NCBI GenBank assembly: GCA_020052135.1
Contig: JAGVPS010000028.1
Span: 1 to 34,055, forward strand
DNA: 34,055 nt
Source of the DNA: Minisyncoccota bacterium
GTDB lineage: Bacteria > Patescibacteriota > Minisyncoccia > UBA6257 > 1-14-0-10-40-38
Direction of reading: 5' to 3'
Below, one piece after another: positions 16,332-25,782 of this stretch (position 1 is the stretch's first letter; the number at the start of each line of letters is the position of its first letter). A model generated the notes under the pieces. It made no database searches and was not told where the DNA came from. It saw only the letters and a program-made list of their open reading frames with translations. A program made the translations under genes and the position numbers.

Positions 16332-17012
16332 ATGACTGATACGTTCGAATCAACTCTTGGAGCATTCACGAGACGCGTCCTTTCGGACCTGCCTCCCGCT
16401 CGTCCGTTCGACTATCTCCTCCTCGTGGGGCAAACCGCTGACAACGAGCGGTCGGTCCTCAATCGCGCGGCTCGCTACTCACGCGACAATCGCGGCGGAC
16501 AGTGGATGAATCCGCATCTCCTCATCGTTGATGGGCCGACAGGCTTTGGCTTCCCTGGTTTTCCTCGGTGGGAGGCGAACCTGCGACAGCAGGGTGTTAA
16601 TCCGGAGAATATCGTGCGGGTCTCGTATTCGAATCCCGAACGGGGCATCAATACGAATACCGAGATGCAGGCGTTTCTCGACTACCTGTTGCGCGAGGTT
16701 GCTCCAGATGGCGCTATGCGGCTTGGCATCATTGCGGCGCCATTTCACCAGCCACGCGCGTTCGTGAATTTCGTGAGCGTGGCGCTCATGAGTGGCACAG
16801 ACTCTCGCATGATTGACGCCTTCAGCGTACCCGGTGATCCGTTGCCCATGGATGAAGTTGTCGCTCATTCGCAGGGCATAACCCGAGGCATGCGTGCAGA
16901 TCTTGTACGCACTGAAGCTGAACGGATTCGGGCGTACACGGCGAAGGGCGATTTGCTCCCCATTCCTGAAATCATCGCCTACATGGACGAGAGAGATGCT
17001 CGGAACCGGTAA
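16332..17012 (+). CDS. DUF218/YdcF-like protein, paralog 2
   Basis: Shares GFPGF, NTNTE, PFHQPR, SQGI and RIR.YT..GDLLP..EI..Y...RDAR with 13848-14486. Confidence 0.72.
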   Translation: MTDTFESTLGAFTRRVLSDLPPARPFDYLLLVGQTADNERSVLNRAARYSRDNRGGQWMNPHLLIVDGPTGFGFPGFPRWEANLRQQGVNPENIVRVSYSNPERGINTNTEMQAFLDYLLREVAPDGAMRLGIIAAPFHQPRAFVNFVSVALMSGTDSRMIDAFSVPGDPLPMDEVVAHSQGITRGMRADLVRTEAERIRAYTAKGDLLPIPEIIAYMDERDARNR

Positions 17013-17014
17013 CT

Positions 17015-17058
17015 CCGCGAGATCGGCATATGCGTATGCAGAGACTCGCGGTTTTTTT
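17015..17058 (+). terminator. Intrinsic terminator
   Basis: CCGCGAG/CTCGCGG outer stem, GCATA/TATGC inner stem and T7. Confidence 0.75.
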
Positions 17059-17176
17059 ATATGCGCAATCTAGAGAATTCTCTGGCCGTTTCAGATTAGG
17101 GGTAAAGCGCATATAAAACCCCGCCGTTGGCGGGGTGAAGCTTAGATACCACGGCCGTGAGGCCGTAGAGCTTCAT
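17055..17176 (-). mobile_element. ~122-bp hairpin-rich REP/MITE-like element, right copy (inverted)
   Basis: 17116-17176 is 53/61 identical to 12817-12877 in inverted orientation. It has an ACGGCC-TCAC-GGCCGT hairpin and a 12-bp inverted repeat at 17055-17066/17107-17118. Confidence 0.65.
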
Positions 17177-18099
17177 AAAGATTTTGAAATAGTTTCAAGA
17201 TGTGCAGTTACGGTAGCGCCAAACGCAACATCGGTGAGCGGAGAGAGACGATTCTCAATGCAGGCGCGAAAATGCTCCAACTCGTTTTTGAGCGGTTCCG
17301 TAGTAAACGAAGGAATGGCGATGGGTGTTGGAGAGGCAATCGTAAGCGTATTCGGGACAACTCCTGTATCGAGTATAATTTTTGTTGTGTCTCCCAGACA
17401 CACGAATTTCCTTACTTTTTCTGGACCGAGCCAGGAAGTGGTGATCGTGAGAAGCGGTCCGTGATCAAACGCAACGGTCGCCGAAACAAAGTCCTCGTGA
17501 GAACCATTTTGTATACGAAATTTTTTTCCTGAAACGCTTCTAATTTTCCCCGGATTAAACAGATAGTTAAAAACAGAAAGCGGATGCGGCGCCGCGTCCC
17601 AAAAACAATTGATGTCTGTGCGTGGAGGGCTTACCAAGTGTTCGCTCATGACATGGGTGATTGTGCCGAGGCGTCCCGCGTCAAGTTCAGTTTTTAAAAA
17701 TCGTATCGCATCATTATAGATGTATTGGTACCCAACCATGCATATTTTTCCCGATCGGGATGCTGTACGAGCAAGGAGTCGCGCTTCCTTCGTACTCATC
17801 ACCATTGGTTTTTCAACGAGCACATGTTTGCCCGCGCGGAGCGCGGCATGCGCAAGCGCAAAGTGGGTGTGCGCCGGGGTCGCGATAATAACCGCATCAA
17901 TGTCCGGAGACGCGAAAACTTCGCTAGGGTTTAGGGTATAGCGAATAGGAGAAGAGATAAGACTTTTCAGTTCTGGATGTTCACGAGTGGTTACGACTGA
18001 AAGGAGGGCGAACCCCTCGAGCGATTGCAAGAGTCGGAGATAGTTTTTTCCAAAGTTACCAACACCAAAAAGTGCGCACCTAAGCAGTGGTTGGCTCAT
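17173..18099 (-). CDS. Gfo/Idh/MocA family oxidoreductase
   Basis: GVGNFG, IATPAHTH, GKHVLVEKP and WDAAPH motifs. Confidence 0.9.
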   Translation of the reverse strand: MSQPLLRCALFGVGNFGKNYLRLLQSLEGFALLSVVTTREHPELKSLISSPIRYTLNPSEVFASPDIDAVIIATPAHTHFALAHAALRAGKHVLVEKPMVMSTKEARLLARTASRSGKICMVGYQYIYNDAIRFLKTELDAGRLGTITHVMSEHLVSPPRTDINCFWDAAPHPLSVFNYLFNPGKIRSVSGKKFRIQNGSHEDFVSATVAFDHGPLLTITTSWLGPEKVRKFVCLGDTTKIILDTGVVPNTLTIASPTPIAIPSFTTEPLKNELEHFRACIENRLSPLTDVAFGATVTAHLETISKSL

Positions 18100-19168
18100 T
18101 ATGTGCGGGCTCAGTCTTAAGTATGGAGCGATACCACGTGAGCGTTCGCGTAAGGCCGGTTTTCAAATTCACCGATGGTTTAAAACCCAGCTCTTTTTGG
18201 ATTTTTGTAATGTCGGGGCAACGTCGCTGTGGTTCGCCTGCCGGATATGATGCCGGATAAGCAATCAGCTCTACGGTTGGTTTTTGGGTTACGAGAGAGC
18301 TCACGAGATTCCCTAAGCTCACCATATTAATTTCTTCATTGGGGCGCCCTACGTTATATATTTCCCCGTTTTTCTCTGACGCAAGCACTTTTAGAAATCC
18401 CTGGATAGCATCGGTAATGTAGCAAAATGTCCGTGTTTGATTCCCTTTGTCATGCACCGGCAAGGCCTCGCCCTTCAAGGCTTTGACCATAAAGGTTGGA
18501 ATTACTCGGTAGTCATGCACCTTCATACCGGGCCCGTAGACATTGAACGGCCGGACAATTTTAACCGGTATGCGGTAGAGCTGGTGATAGGTCATGCAGA
18601 GCGTTTCTCCGAGGCGTTTTGACTCGTCATAGCAGGCGCGCGGTCCCACCGCGGAAACATTGCCCCAGTATCCTTCGGGTGTCGGGATATAATTAGGGTT
18701 CGGGTCGCCGTAGACTTCGCTCGAACTGAAATAGAGCATGCTTTTTACCTTTTTGCTCTTTGCAAACTCTAAAAAGTTTTTAGTGCCGTTCACTGCAACC
18801 TCAATGGTTTCCAAGGGGAATTTCCGGTAATAAAAAGGAGAGGCGAGCCCGGCGGCGTGGATAAGGTAGTCGGCCTTCAATTTGTGCGGGAGCTGATTCC
18901 GCACATCATGGGTCATGAGCGTGAAGTGCGGATCAGTGTTGTCAATAATGCTATTTTCTTCAGCGCTCGTGATGTAGTTATCCATGACGATAACCTTGCA
19001 CGGCTTTTTCAAAACCTTTTTATTGAGCTCAAGAAACGTTGCAACAAAATAACTGCCCAAGAAGCCACAGCCGCCGGAAATGAGAATGGTTTTTCCTTCG
19101 AATGTTTTTGCTTCTGTTCGTATCGATCGGATAATGGATTGTATGTCTTCGTGGACGAGTTTGTTCAT
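18080..19168 (-). CDS. NAD-dependent epimerase/dehydratase, UDP-glucuronate decarboxylase-like extended SDR
   Basis: GGCGFLG, AGLASP, SSSEVYG, GPRACYDESKR (YxxxK), TRTFCY and RRCPDI motifs. Confidence 0.85.
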   Translation of the reverse strand: MNKLVHEDIQSIIRSIRTEAKTFEGKTILISGGCGFLGSYFVATFLELNKKVLKKPCKVIVMDNYITSAEENSIIDNTDPHFTLMTHDVRNQLPHKLKADYLIHAAGLASPFYYRKFPLETIEVAVNGTKNFLEFAKSKKVKSMLYFSSSEVYGDPNPNYIPTPEGYWGNVSAVGPRACYDESKRLGETLCMTYHQLYRIPVKIVRPFNVYGPGMKVHDYRVIPTFMVKALKGEALPVHDKGNQTRTFCYITDAIQGFLKVLASEKNGEIYNVGRPNEEINMVSLGNLVSSLVTQKPTVELIAYPASYPAGEPQRRCPDITKIQKELGFKPSVNLKTGLTRTLTWYRSILKTEPAHNEPTTA

Positions 19169-20430
19169 ACGAGTTTGGGTTCGGGTACGGGAATAATAAA
19201 CTTTCCGCCATTGGCTTTAAATGAGGAAAGTTTTTTCATAATAGGATCCGCAAAGTTCCATGCAAGGATTAGGATATAGTCAGGATTTTTCTCGGCAAGC
19301 TTTGCGGAGGAGAAAACCGGGATATGGGTACCCGGCATATATAAGCCCTGTTTCCAATGACTATCGTCAACAATATACTCAAGCGTTTCAGGACCGATGC
19401 CAAAATGGGTGAGCAGTGTTGTGCCTTTTGCGGGAGCTCCGTAGCCCGCGACGAACTTCTTCTTTTTTTTGAGATATCTTAGGAGTTCGGTAAGCGCTAC
19501 TTTGTTCTTTAGAATCTTATGCGAAAAGTTCTGATACGTCAAAGATTCATGGAGCTTATGTTCCATTTCTTCTTTTAGGAATTTTTGTATATGAGAGCGT
19601 TGTAGCGCGTGGGGACCATTACGAAGCTCAGCAAAAATTCGAAGCGATCCTCCATGCGTATCTGTTTTCTCTACATCAAATACCTCCATATCGAGCCGTT
19701 CAAAAAGCCGGATAGCCGTTCGTACGGAGAAGTAGGAAAGGTGTTCGTGATAAATAGTATCAAACAAATTTTTTGATATGAGATCTCCGAGGTAATATGC
19801 CTCAACCATAAAAACACCGTCTTTTTTAAGAAGGATGCGGACTCCTTCCACAATTTCATCAAGGTTGTCGATGTGGGGGAACGCGCTCGTCGCTGTTATG
19901 AGCGCCGCAGACCCGTGTTTTTCTAAAATCTTTTTAGCAAGTGCGGGGGTAAAGAATTCAGGAATTGTTTCCACGCCGTTTGCCGTTGCTTCGCGCGCGA
20001 TTTTCTCCGCGGGGTCGATGCCCAAGACGCGGAACCCTAATTTTTTAAATGGCTTAAGGAGTATGCCGTCGTTACTGCCAATATCCACGATAAGTGAATT
20101 TTCAATGAATGAAAACCGCCGGGAAATAGTCTTTGCCAACTCTTCAAAATGTGTGACAAATACTGGAGAAGTGGAGGATACATACACATAGTCCCTAAAT
20201 AAGAGTTCGGGTGACACAATGTCGCGGAGCTGCACAAAACTGCACTGCGTACAAAAATCGAGATCAAGAGGAAAAAAAGGCTCTGGTTGTAAGAGATCTG
20301 CTTTAGTAAGAAATGCGTTTGCGGGAGGAGTTGGCGCAAGCGAAAGTACAGGAATAAGGGCTTTTCCTTTGCACGCTCTGCACTCGAATCTTGGTTTAGA
20401 TAAATGGGACTCGGACAGTGTCTTCTTCAT
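19165..20430 (-). CDS. NDP-hexose C3-methyltransferase family (SAM-dependent, zinc-binding)
   Basis: CRAC...FCTQC zinc site, DIGSNDG, FDTIYHEH, THGGS and GYGAPAKG motifs. The start is uncertain: ATG at 20430 was chosen, while the ORF track starts at 20466. Confidence 0.88.
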   Translation of the reverse strand: MKKTLSESHLSKPRFECRACKGKALIPVLSLAPTPPANAFLTKADLLQPEPFFPLDLDFCTQCSFVQLRDIVSPELLFRDYVYVSSTSPVFVTHFEELAKTISRRFSFIENSLIVDIGSNDGILLKPFKKLGFRVLGIDPAEKIAREATANGVETIPEFFTPALAKKILEKHGSAALITATSAFPHIDNLDEIVEGVRILLKKDGVFMVEAYYLGDLISKNLFDTIYHEHLSYFSVRTAIRLFERLDMEVFDVEKTDTHGGSLRIFAELRNGPHALQRSHIQKFLKEEMEHKLHESLTYQNFSHKILKNKVALTELLRYLKKKKKFVAGYGAPAKGTTLLTHFGIGPETLEYIVDDSHWKQGLYMPGTHIPVFSSAKLAEKNPDYILILAWNFADPIMKKLSSFKANGGKFIIPVPEPKLV

Positions 20431-20782
20431 ATGCTCCATCTTTACGGGATTTAGTGGCGAGCACAATCCACGTAGTGTCCTCTAAAAATTTCATGGCATG
20501 GACACGGAGCGGTGGCGAAAACACCATATCGCCGGTTTCAAGAACAGCGCTTTCTTTTTTACTGTTATCTTCGTCAATACCTTTTTCAAAATACTCCATT
20601 TTTCCAGCGACCATATAGCAATAATGCGAATCCTCCTTATGATAGTGGTTTGCGCGTACCGAACCTTTCTTTGAGGTGATAATAAGCACGCTCTTAATCA
20701 CGGTTATGCCATCATCAAAAAGCATGGTGATGTTGCCTCGTTCTTCAGCTACTTCCGGTTTGATGTTGCGGTATATTTTCAT
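20396..20782 (-). CDS. Cupin-domain protein (sugar 3,4-ketoisomerase/epimerase-like)
   Basis: EERG..., RANHYH..., G..EY and HAM cupin motifs. Start at ATG 20782, 7 nt after TATAGT. Confidence 0.75.
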   Translation of the reverse strand: MKIYRNIKPEVAEERGNITMLFDDGITVIKSVLIITSKKGSVRANHYHKEDSHYCYMVAGKMEYFEKGIDEDNSKKESAVLETGDMVFSPPLRVHAMKFLEDTTWIVLATKSRKDGAYEEDTVRVPFI

Positions 20783-20867
20783 GCACTTTACTATACCTAT
20801 AGGAGCCATGAAAAGCAACGGATGACCAAAGGTTTTTAGATATGGTTTGATATGCTATGGCTTTCAT

Positions 20868-23105
20868 ATGAATAAAATCTTTTTTGTCTCAACAGCGCGA
20901 GTGCCAACGCAACGAGCGCACGGACTTCAGATTATGAAAACCTGCGAAGCGCTTGCCAACGCGGGCGCCGACGTAGAACTCGTTATTCCCTCCCGGTTTA
21001 ATGAGCTTTCGGATGACCCGTTTGACTACTATAAAGTTCAACGCAACTTTAACATCCGCACGATCCGATCGCTTAATCTTGCGCCGCGTCGGGAACCCGC
21101 GCATCCGGTTTTTTATTGGATTCAAGCATGGACGTTTGCACTATCAGCGCTCCTGTATCTATGGAAAGAAAAGGATGCATACATTTATTTCCGATACGAC
21201 GTACCCCTCCTCATCACTTTTCAAGCTTTTTTCAGGCGGCGCATGCTTGTATGTGAAGCGCATTTTTTAATTCACGGACGGGCTAAGCGGTTACTACTAC
21301 GTTGTTTTGGGGTCATAACAATTGTGGATGCTGCAAAAGAAATATATGAACGTGCAGAAGATTTCAGCGACAATATACTTGTCGCTCCCGATGGGGTCAC
21401 CGTTTCAGACTTTAATATTTCTGTTTCACAAGCCGAAGCCCGGAAGCGTCTCGGGCTACCGCACGAAAAAAAACTCATACTGTATACTGGCTATTTCTAC
21501 GCGTGGAAAGGGGTAAATGCTTTAGTAAAGGCAGTACGGTATCTGAATGAGAATATAGAGATTGTACTCGTAGGTGGATATGAAAAAGACAGGCAACAGA
21601 TTGAAAAGATTATGGATGAGGAAGAATTTTCTGAAATCGAGCGTCGCCGAGTGACCATCATCGGCCATCGTCCCTATGCGGAGATGCCCTATTATCAACG
21701 AGCAGCTGATTGTCTCGTCGTGACCGGAGTTAAAAAGGGAGATCGATCAATGTTCACCTCGCCGCTCAAGCTTTTTGAATATATGGCATCCGGTGTTCCG
21801 ATAGTTGCCTCTGGCAATGTTTCGATAAAAGAGGTGCTTACGCATCAAAAGAATGCATATCTAGTCGAACCAGAGAATCCCCGCGCACTTGCTGTAGCGG
21901 TTACCGCAGTGCTTTCAAATATGCGACTGGCTGAGCGTATTGCGTTGCAGGCACGCACAGATGTTCTTAAATATGATTGGGCTATACGCGGTAAAAAAAT
22001 ATGGGACTTTATGTCCAAGCAACAAAAAGCGCCTCGTGTGGCATATCTATTTGCTGGGAAACGAGAGTCGCTTATTCAAAACGTGCGCGCGCACATGGCG
22101 CCAGATTCAGAACTTATCGGATTGAATTATCTGTATCGATTTGGTATCCGGGGTACGTTTTTGGAAACACCCCTCATGAATATGCTAAGAAAGCTGTTTT
22201 TTAATGCGGCGCAATTGCCGGCATTGTGGAGGGTGAGGACATATGACGTTGTGTTCCTGGGATCTAACCTGCCGTTTGTTTTCCTGATAAAGAAAATTTT
22301 GCATTGGCAGCGCCCGCGCGTGGTGCTCTATAATACATTTTTTACCCATACGCTAAAGCGCCATCCAAACGGGTGGTATGGCGCGCTCCTGCGGAGCGCG
22401 CTCCGTTCCGCTGATGCTATTGTCTGCCCCACAGAAGCGCAGACAGACTTTTTAAAGAAGGAAAAAATAGATTCCCATCGCATTCACCTGGTGCTGAATG
22501 GCGTAGATACAGATTTCTTTGCTCCTGCGAGAGCTGATCTTTCAGAAACCGATGGATATATTTTGAGTATTGGAAAAGATCTCGGCCGTGATTACCCGAC
22601 ACTCATTGCGGCGGCATCACGCATACCGGAGACTACTTTTTATATTATTGCGGCAGAAAGAAACCTCAAGAACGTGCCTGCACTGCCAGCGAACATAAAA
22701 GTTTTTTTTGATGTGCCGCACAAGGAAACGCTCGCGTTTTATCGCAAGGCCAAGTTTGTTATAATTCCTACGTATTCCGAAGAAAGTTTGCGGGGATCCG
22801 ACTGCTCGGGCCAATATGCGCTTCTTGATGCCATGGCTGCGAGGAAGGCGATCATTGTGAGTAGCCGAAGCACCCTCTCGGATTACATTGAAGCAGGAAA
22901 GGATGCACTCATCGTGAAGGCCGAGGATCCCGATGAGCTCATAACCGCCATTCGACTCCTTGGAAATGATAGTGCGCTCCGAGATCGCTTAGGGAAGGCG
23001 GCATTAGCAAAAGCAGAAGAGCGGTTTACCACAGAAAAGCTTGCTGAACGGCTCAGTATTGTTTTCAGATCAGTTTCACATCGCTCGTTTTACCTTTATG
23101 AATGA
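20868..23105 (+). CDS. Double GT4 glycosyltransferase (two fused GT-B units)
   Basis: Unit 1: RAHGLQI...YTG..WKG...SPLKLFEYMASG. Unit 2 from Met at 22011: IGKDLGRDY...SGQYALLDAMA. The likely start is ATG 20868. Confidence 0.85.
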   Translation: MNKIFFVSTARVPTQRAHGLQIMKTCEALANAGADVELVIPSRFNELSDDPFDYYKVQRNFNIRTIRSLNLAPRREPAHPVFYWIQAWTFALSALLYLWKEKDAYIYFRYDVPLLITFQAFFRRRMLVCEAHFLIHGRAKRLLLRCFGVITIVDAAKEIYERAEDFSDNILVAPDGVTVSDFNISVSQAEARKRLGLPHEKKLILYTGYFYAWKGVNALVKAVRYLNENIEIVLVGGYEKDRQQIEKIMDEEEFSEIERRRVTIIGHRPYAEMPYYQRAADCLVVTGVKKGDRSMFTSPLKLFEYMASGVPIVASGNVSIKEVLTHQKNAYLVEPENPRALAVAVTAVLSNMRLAERIALQARTDVLKYDWAIRGKKIWDFMSKQQKAPRVAYLFAGKRESLIQNVRAHMAPDSELIGLNYLYRFGIRGTFLETPLMNMLRKLFFNAAQLPALWRVRTYDVVFLGSNLPFVFLIKKILHWQRPRVVLYNTFFTHTLKRHPNGWYGALLRSALRSADAIVCPTEAQTDFLKKEKIDSHRIHLVLNGVDTDFFAPARADLSETDGYILSIGKDLGRDYPTLIAAASRIPETTFYIIAAERNLKNVPALPANIKVFFDVPHKETLAFYRKAKFVIIPTYSEESLRGSDCSGQYALLDAMAARKAIIVSSRSTLSDYIEAGKDALIVKAEDPDELITAIRLLGNDSALRDRLGKAALAKAEERFTTEKLAERLSIVFRSVSHRSFYLYE

Positions 23106-23976
23106 CATGCCGTGTTTTGTATGTGGAGGAAAAGGAGAAAAAGTTTTTTACACTGTTGAGGAAAAGAAATTTTTATCGTGCATGGGGTGCGGCCTGATTA
23201 GCCTGGAGCAGATTCCAGGCGCGCAAGAATTTTATGCGCATTATAATGAGCGATATTATACCAAGGACTATGCAGGGCGGGGAGAGCGCTCGTTTCCTGA
23301 TTTTTCATATCGCTTCAGGTTTCTTGACCGGTTCATTTCCCCTCCGGGGAACGTGCTCGAAGTGGGCGCGGCAGGAGGAGAATTTTTAGAGCTCTTAAAA
23401 AAACGGGGCTGGGAAGTTTCAGGAGTCGAGATTTCAGAACCTGCAGTGCGTGCCGCACACCGCAATTACGGCCTTACGCTGGAGCAGGGCGTGCTTGAGG
23501 ATGTGGCCTATCCCTCAAATACTTTTGATGTGGTCCTGCTCTATCACGTGCTTGAACATGTGCGGTATCCCTTAGAAACTCTCGCGGAGATACGGCGCAT
23601 TCTGAAACCGGGCGGATCAATCATCGTTGAACTTCCAAATCCAACCGGCTTTGATGCGCGCGTGAGCGCCACATTGCTCGAGAGCGTTCTCGATTATCCC
23701 AATCATTTGCATCTCTTTCCAAAAAATACTGCTCGGCGTATACTCGTGCAATCAGGTTTTGGCGAAACGGCATGTGAGGCATCCTTTTCTTTCGCGCTCG
23801 CCTCTCTCTTACCTCATTTTAAGAGGGGCTACGCCAGAGCGAAAAGGACAGAGGAGGGCGAAACAATCATTCCTCTTCCCGAGAAATATATGACTTTGCC
23901 TCCTCAAAGAGCACGATCGCTTCTCGGGCGACTATTTCCAGGGATGAAGTTTACCATCCGGGCAATAAAGATATAG
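23098..23976 (+). CDS. Class I SAM-dependent methyltransferase with N-terminal CxxC...CxxC
   Basis: CFVC/CMGC, LEVGAAGG, GVEIS, HVLEH and LKPGG motifs; overlaps the upstream stop codon. Confidence 0.85.
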   Translation: MNDMPCFVCGGKGEKVFYTVEEKKFLSCMGCGLISLEQIPGAQEFYAHYNERYYTKDYAGRGERSFPDFSYRFRFLDRFISPPGNVLEVGAAGGEFLELLKKRGWEVSGVEISEPAVRAAHRNYGLTLEQGVLEDVAYPSNTFDVVLLYHVLEHVRYPLETLAEIRRILKPGGSIIVELPNPTGFDARVSATLLESVLDYPNHLHLFPKNTARRILVQSGFGETACEASFSFALASLLPHFKRGYARAKRTEEGETIIPLPEKYMTLPPQRARSLLGRLFPGMKFTIRAIKI

Positions 23977-23990
23977 CGAGACGCATATAT

Positions 23991-25028
23991 ATGAAAGACA
24001 CGCCGAAGCGTTTAAAGGGCAAAAAATTTTTGATATGTGGAGGATCGGGTTTTATGGGTTCGAACTTTATTCATTTCCTCATGAAGACTGTTCCGGATAC
24101 CCACGTCGTGAATCTTGACGCGCTCACCTATGCGGGGAATCCTGATAATCTTCTCGGGGTGCCTCCGGGTCGCTATCGATTCAAAAAAGGGGATATCTGC
24201 GACGAAAAGCTGGTGGGACAGTTAATGAAAAAAGCGGACTTCGTCATCAATTTTGCCGCAGAGACTCATGTCGACAGATCCATTCATTCTGACCAGAATG
24301 ACTTTATACACACAAATATACTCGGGGTGCATTCTTTGCTGAAGGCGTTTCGCAAAGCCGCCCCTTCTGCCGCAAAAATGATTCATGTTTCAACCGATGA
24401 AGTATGGGGAGATCTCCCCTTGAGCGCTAAAGGACGCTTCTCTGAAAAATCCCCCTTTAGGCCTAATTCTCCCTATGCCGCTTCCAAAGCGGCAGGCGAC
24501 CTCCTCATTCGTTCGTATACGAAAACATACGGAGTTCCCGTCATTGTATGCAACTCAGTGAATTTTTTTGGCCCTCGGCAATTCCCAGAAAAACTTATTC
24601 CCTTTTTTACGTTGCGCGCCATGGAAAATGAGCCACTCCCGCTCTACGGGAATGGCAAAAATATTCGCGAATGGATTCATGTTGAAGATTATGCAAGGGC
24701 GCTCCTCGTGCTTTGCAATCGAGGAAAGACGGGAGAAATATACCTTGCATCCAGCGAGGAAGGTGTATCTAATATATCTATTGCCCGGCGGATCTTAAAA
24801 ATACTAAAAAAACCGGAAAGCCTCATTACCTTTGTTGCCGATCGCCCAGGGCACGACCGCAAGTATGCGGTTAACACTTCGAAGCTTCGGGCACTTGGTT
24901 GGTCTCCACGATACTCCATTACGCGCGATTTGAGCGCCACAGTCAATTGGTATGCCCAGAATACCCGATGGGTACAACGAGTACTCGGTCGCGAGAAAAG
25001 GATTAATGCTCATATCCGACTTACCTAA
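23991..25028 (+). CDS. rfbB: dTDP-glucose 4,6-dehydratase
   Basis: GGSGFMGSNF, DALTYAGN, FAAETHVDRSI, STDEVWG, PNSPYAASKA, QFPEKLIP and DRPGHD motifs. Confidence 0.93.
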   Translation: MKDTPKRLKGKKFLICGGSGFMGSNFIHFLMKTVPDTHVVNLDALTYAGNPDNLLGVPPGRYRFKKGDICDEKLVGQLMKKADFVINFAAETHVDRSIHSDQNDFIHTNILGVHSLLKAFRKAAPSAAKMIHVSTDEVWGDLPLSAKGRFSEKSPFRPNSPYAASKAAGDLLIRSYTKTYGVPVIVCNSVNFFGPRQFPEKLIPFFTLRAMENEPLPLYGNGKNIREWIHVEDYARALLVLCNRGKTGEIYLASSEEGVSNISIARRILKILKKPESLITFVADRPGHDRKYAVNTSKLRALGWSPRYSITRDLSATVNWYAQNTRWVQRVLGREKRINAHIRLT

Positions 25029-25031
25029 TCT

Positions 25032-25778
25032 ATGAAAGGAGTAATTCTCGCTGGTGGGAATGGCACGCGTTTGCATCCGCTTACCTTCGTAACAAATAAG
25101 CATCTCCTGCCCGTCTATAACAAGCCGATGATTTATTGGCCGATCGAGACGCTTGTTCAATGCGGCATTACGGAAATTCTCATCGTCTCAGGCCGCGGAC
25201 ACGCAGGGCATTTTTTAAATTTGCTTGGTTCGGGGAAAAAGTGGAATGCTCGTTTTACGTACGAAGTGCAGGAAAATGCTGGAGGCATTGCGGATGCGCT
25301 CTCCCTGGCAGAAGATTTTTCCGATGGAGGCAAAATCGCTGTTATTTTGGGTGACAATATTTTTACGGCAGTCGGCGAGATTAAAAAAGGCATTAATCGT
25401 TTTACGCGGCAAAAAAGGGGAGCTATGGTTTTTTTGAAGCAGGTCAAAGACCCGCATCGATTTGGCGTTGCTGAAATCAGGAAGGGAAAGATTGTCGGTC
25501 TTGAGGAAAAACCGCGGCATCCGAAATCAAAGTTTGCGGTAACCGGAATGTATCTTTACGATGAGAACGTATTTGATATTATTCGCGCCCTCACACCATC
25601 GGGGCGTGGCGAGCTCGAGGTCACTGACGTAAACAAGGCATATGTAAAGCAGGGAGTTATGTTTCACACCATCATCTCCTCAGAATGGCGAGACGCGGGG
25701 ACATTTGATTCGTTGTTGGAAGCAAATGTGCTTATTGCTCGCGCAGAGCGTTCGACAAAACGCAAAAACGGAAAATAA
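25032..25778 (+). CDS. rfbA: Glucose-1-phosphate thymidylyltransferase (short form)
   Basis: LAGGNGTRL.PLT..NKHLLPVY.KPMI, LGDNIF, EEKP, PSGRGELEVTD and W.DAGT motifs. Confidence 0.92.
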   Translation: MKGVILAGGNGTRLHPLTFVTNKHLLPVYNKPMIYWPIETLVQCGITEILIVSGRGHAGHFLNLLGSGKKWNARFTYEVQENAGGIADALSLAEDFSDGGKIAVILGDNIFTAVGEIKKGINRFTRQKRGAMVFLKQVKDPHRFGVAEIRKGKIVGLEEKPRHPKSKFAVTGMYLYDENVFDIIRALTPSGRGELEVTDVNKAYVKQGVMFHTIISSEWRDAGTFDSLLEANVLIARAERSTKRKNGK

Positions 25779-25782
25779 TTTT

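Noticed and set aside
12986..17012. Integron cassette array or prophage remnant interpretation of the island
   Set aside because: Genes are in mixed orientations with their own promoters, no repeated attC-like sites lie between them, and no integrase, portal or capsid genes accompany the ClpP-like gene.
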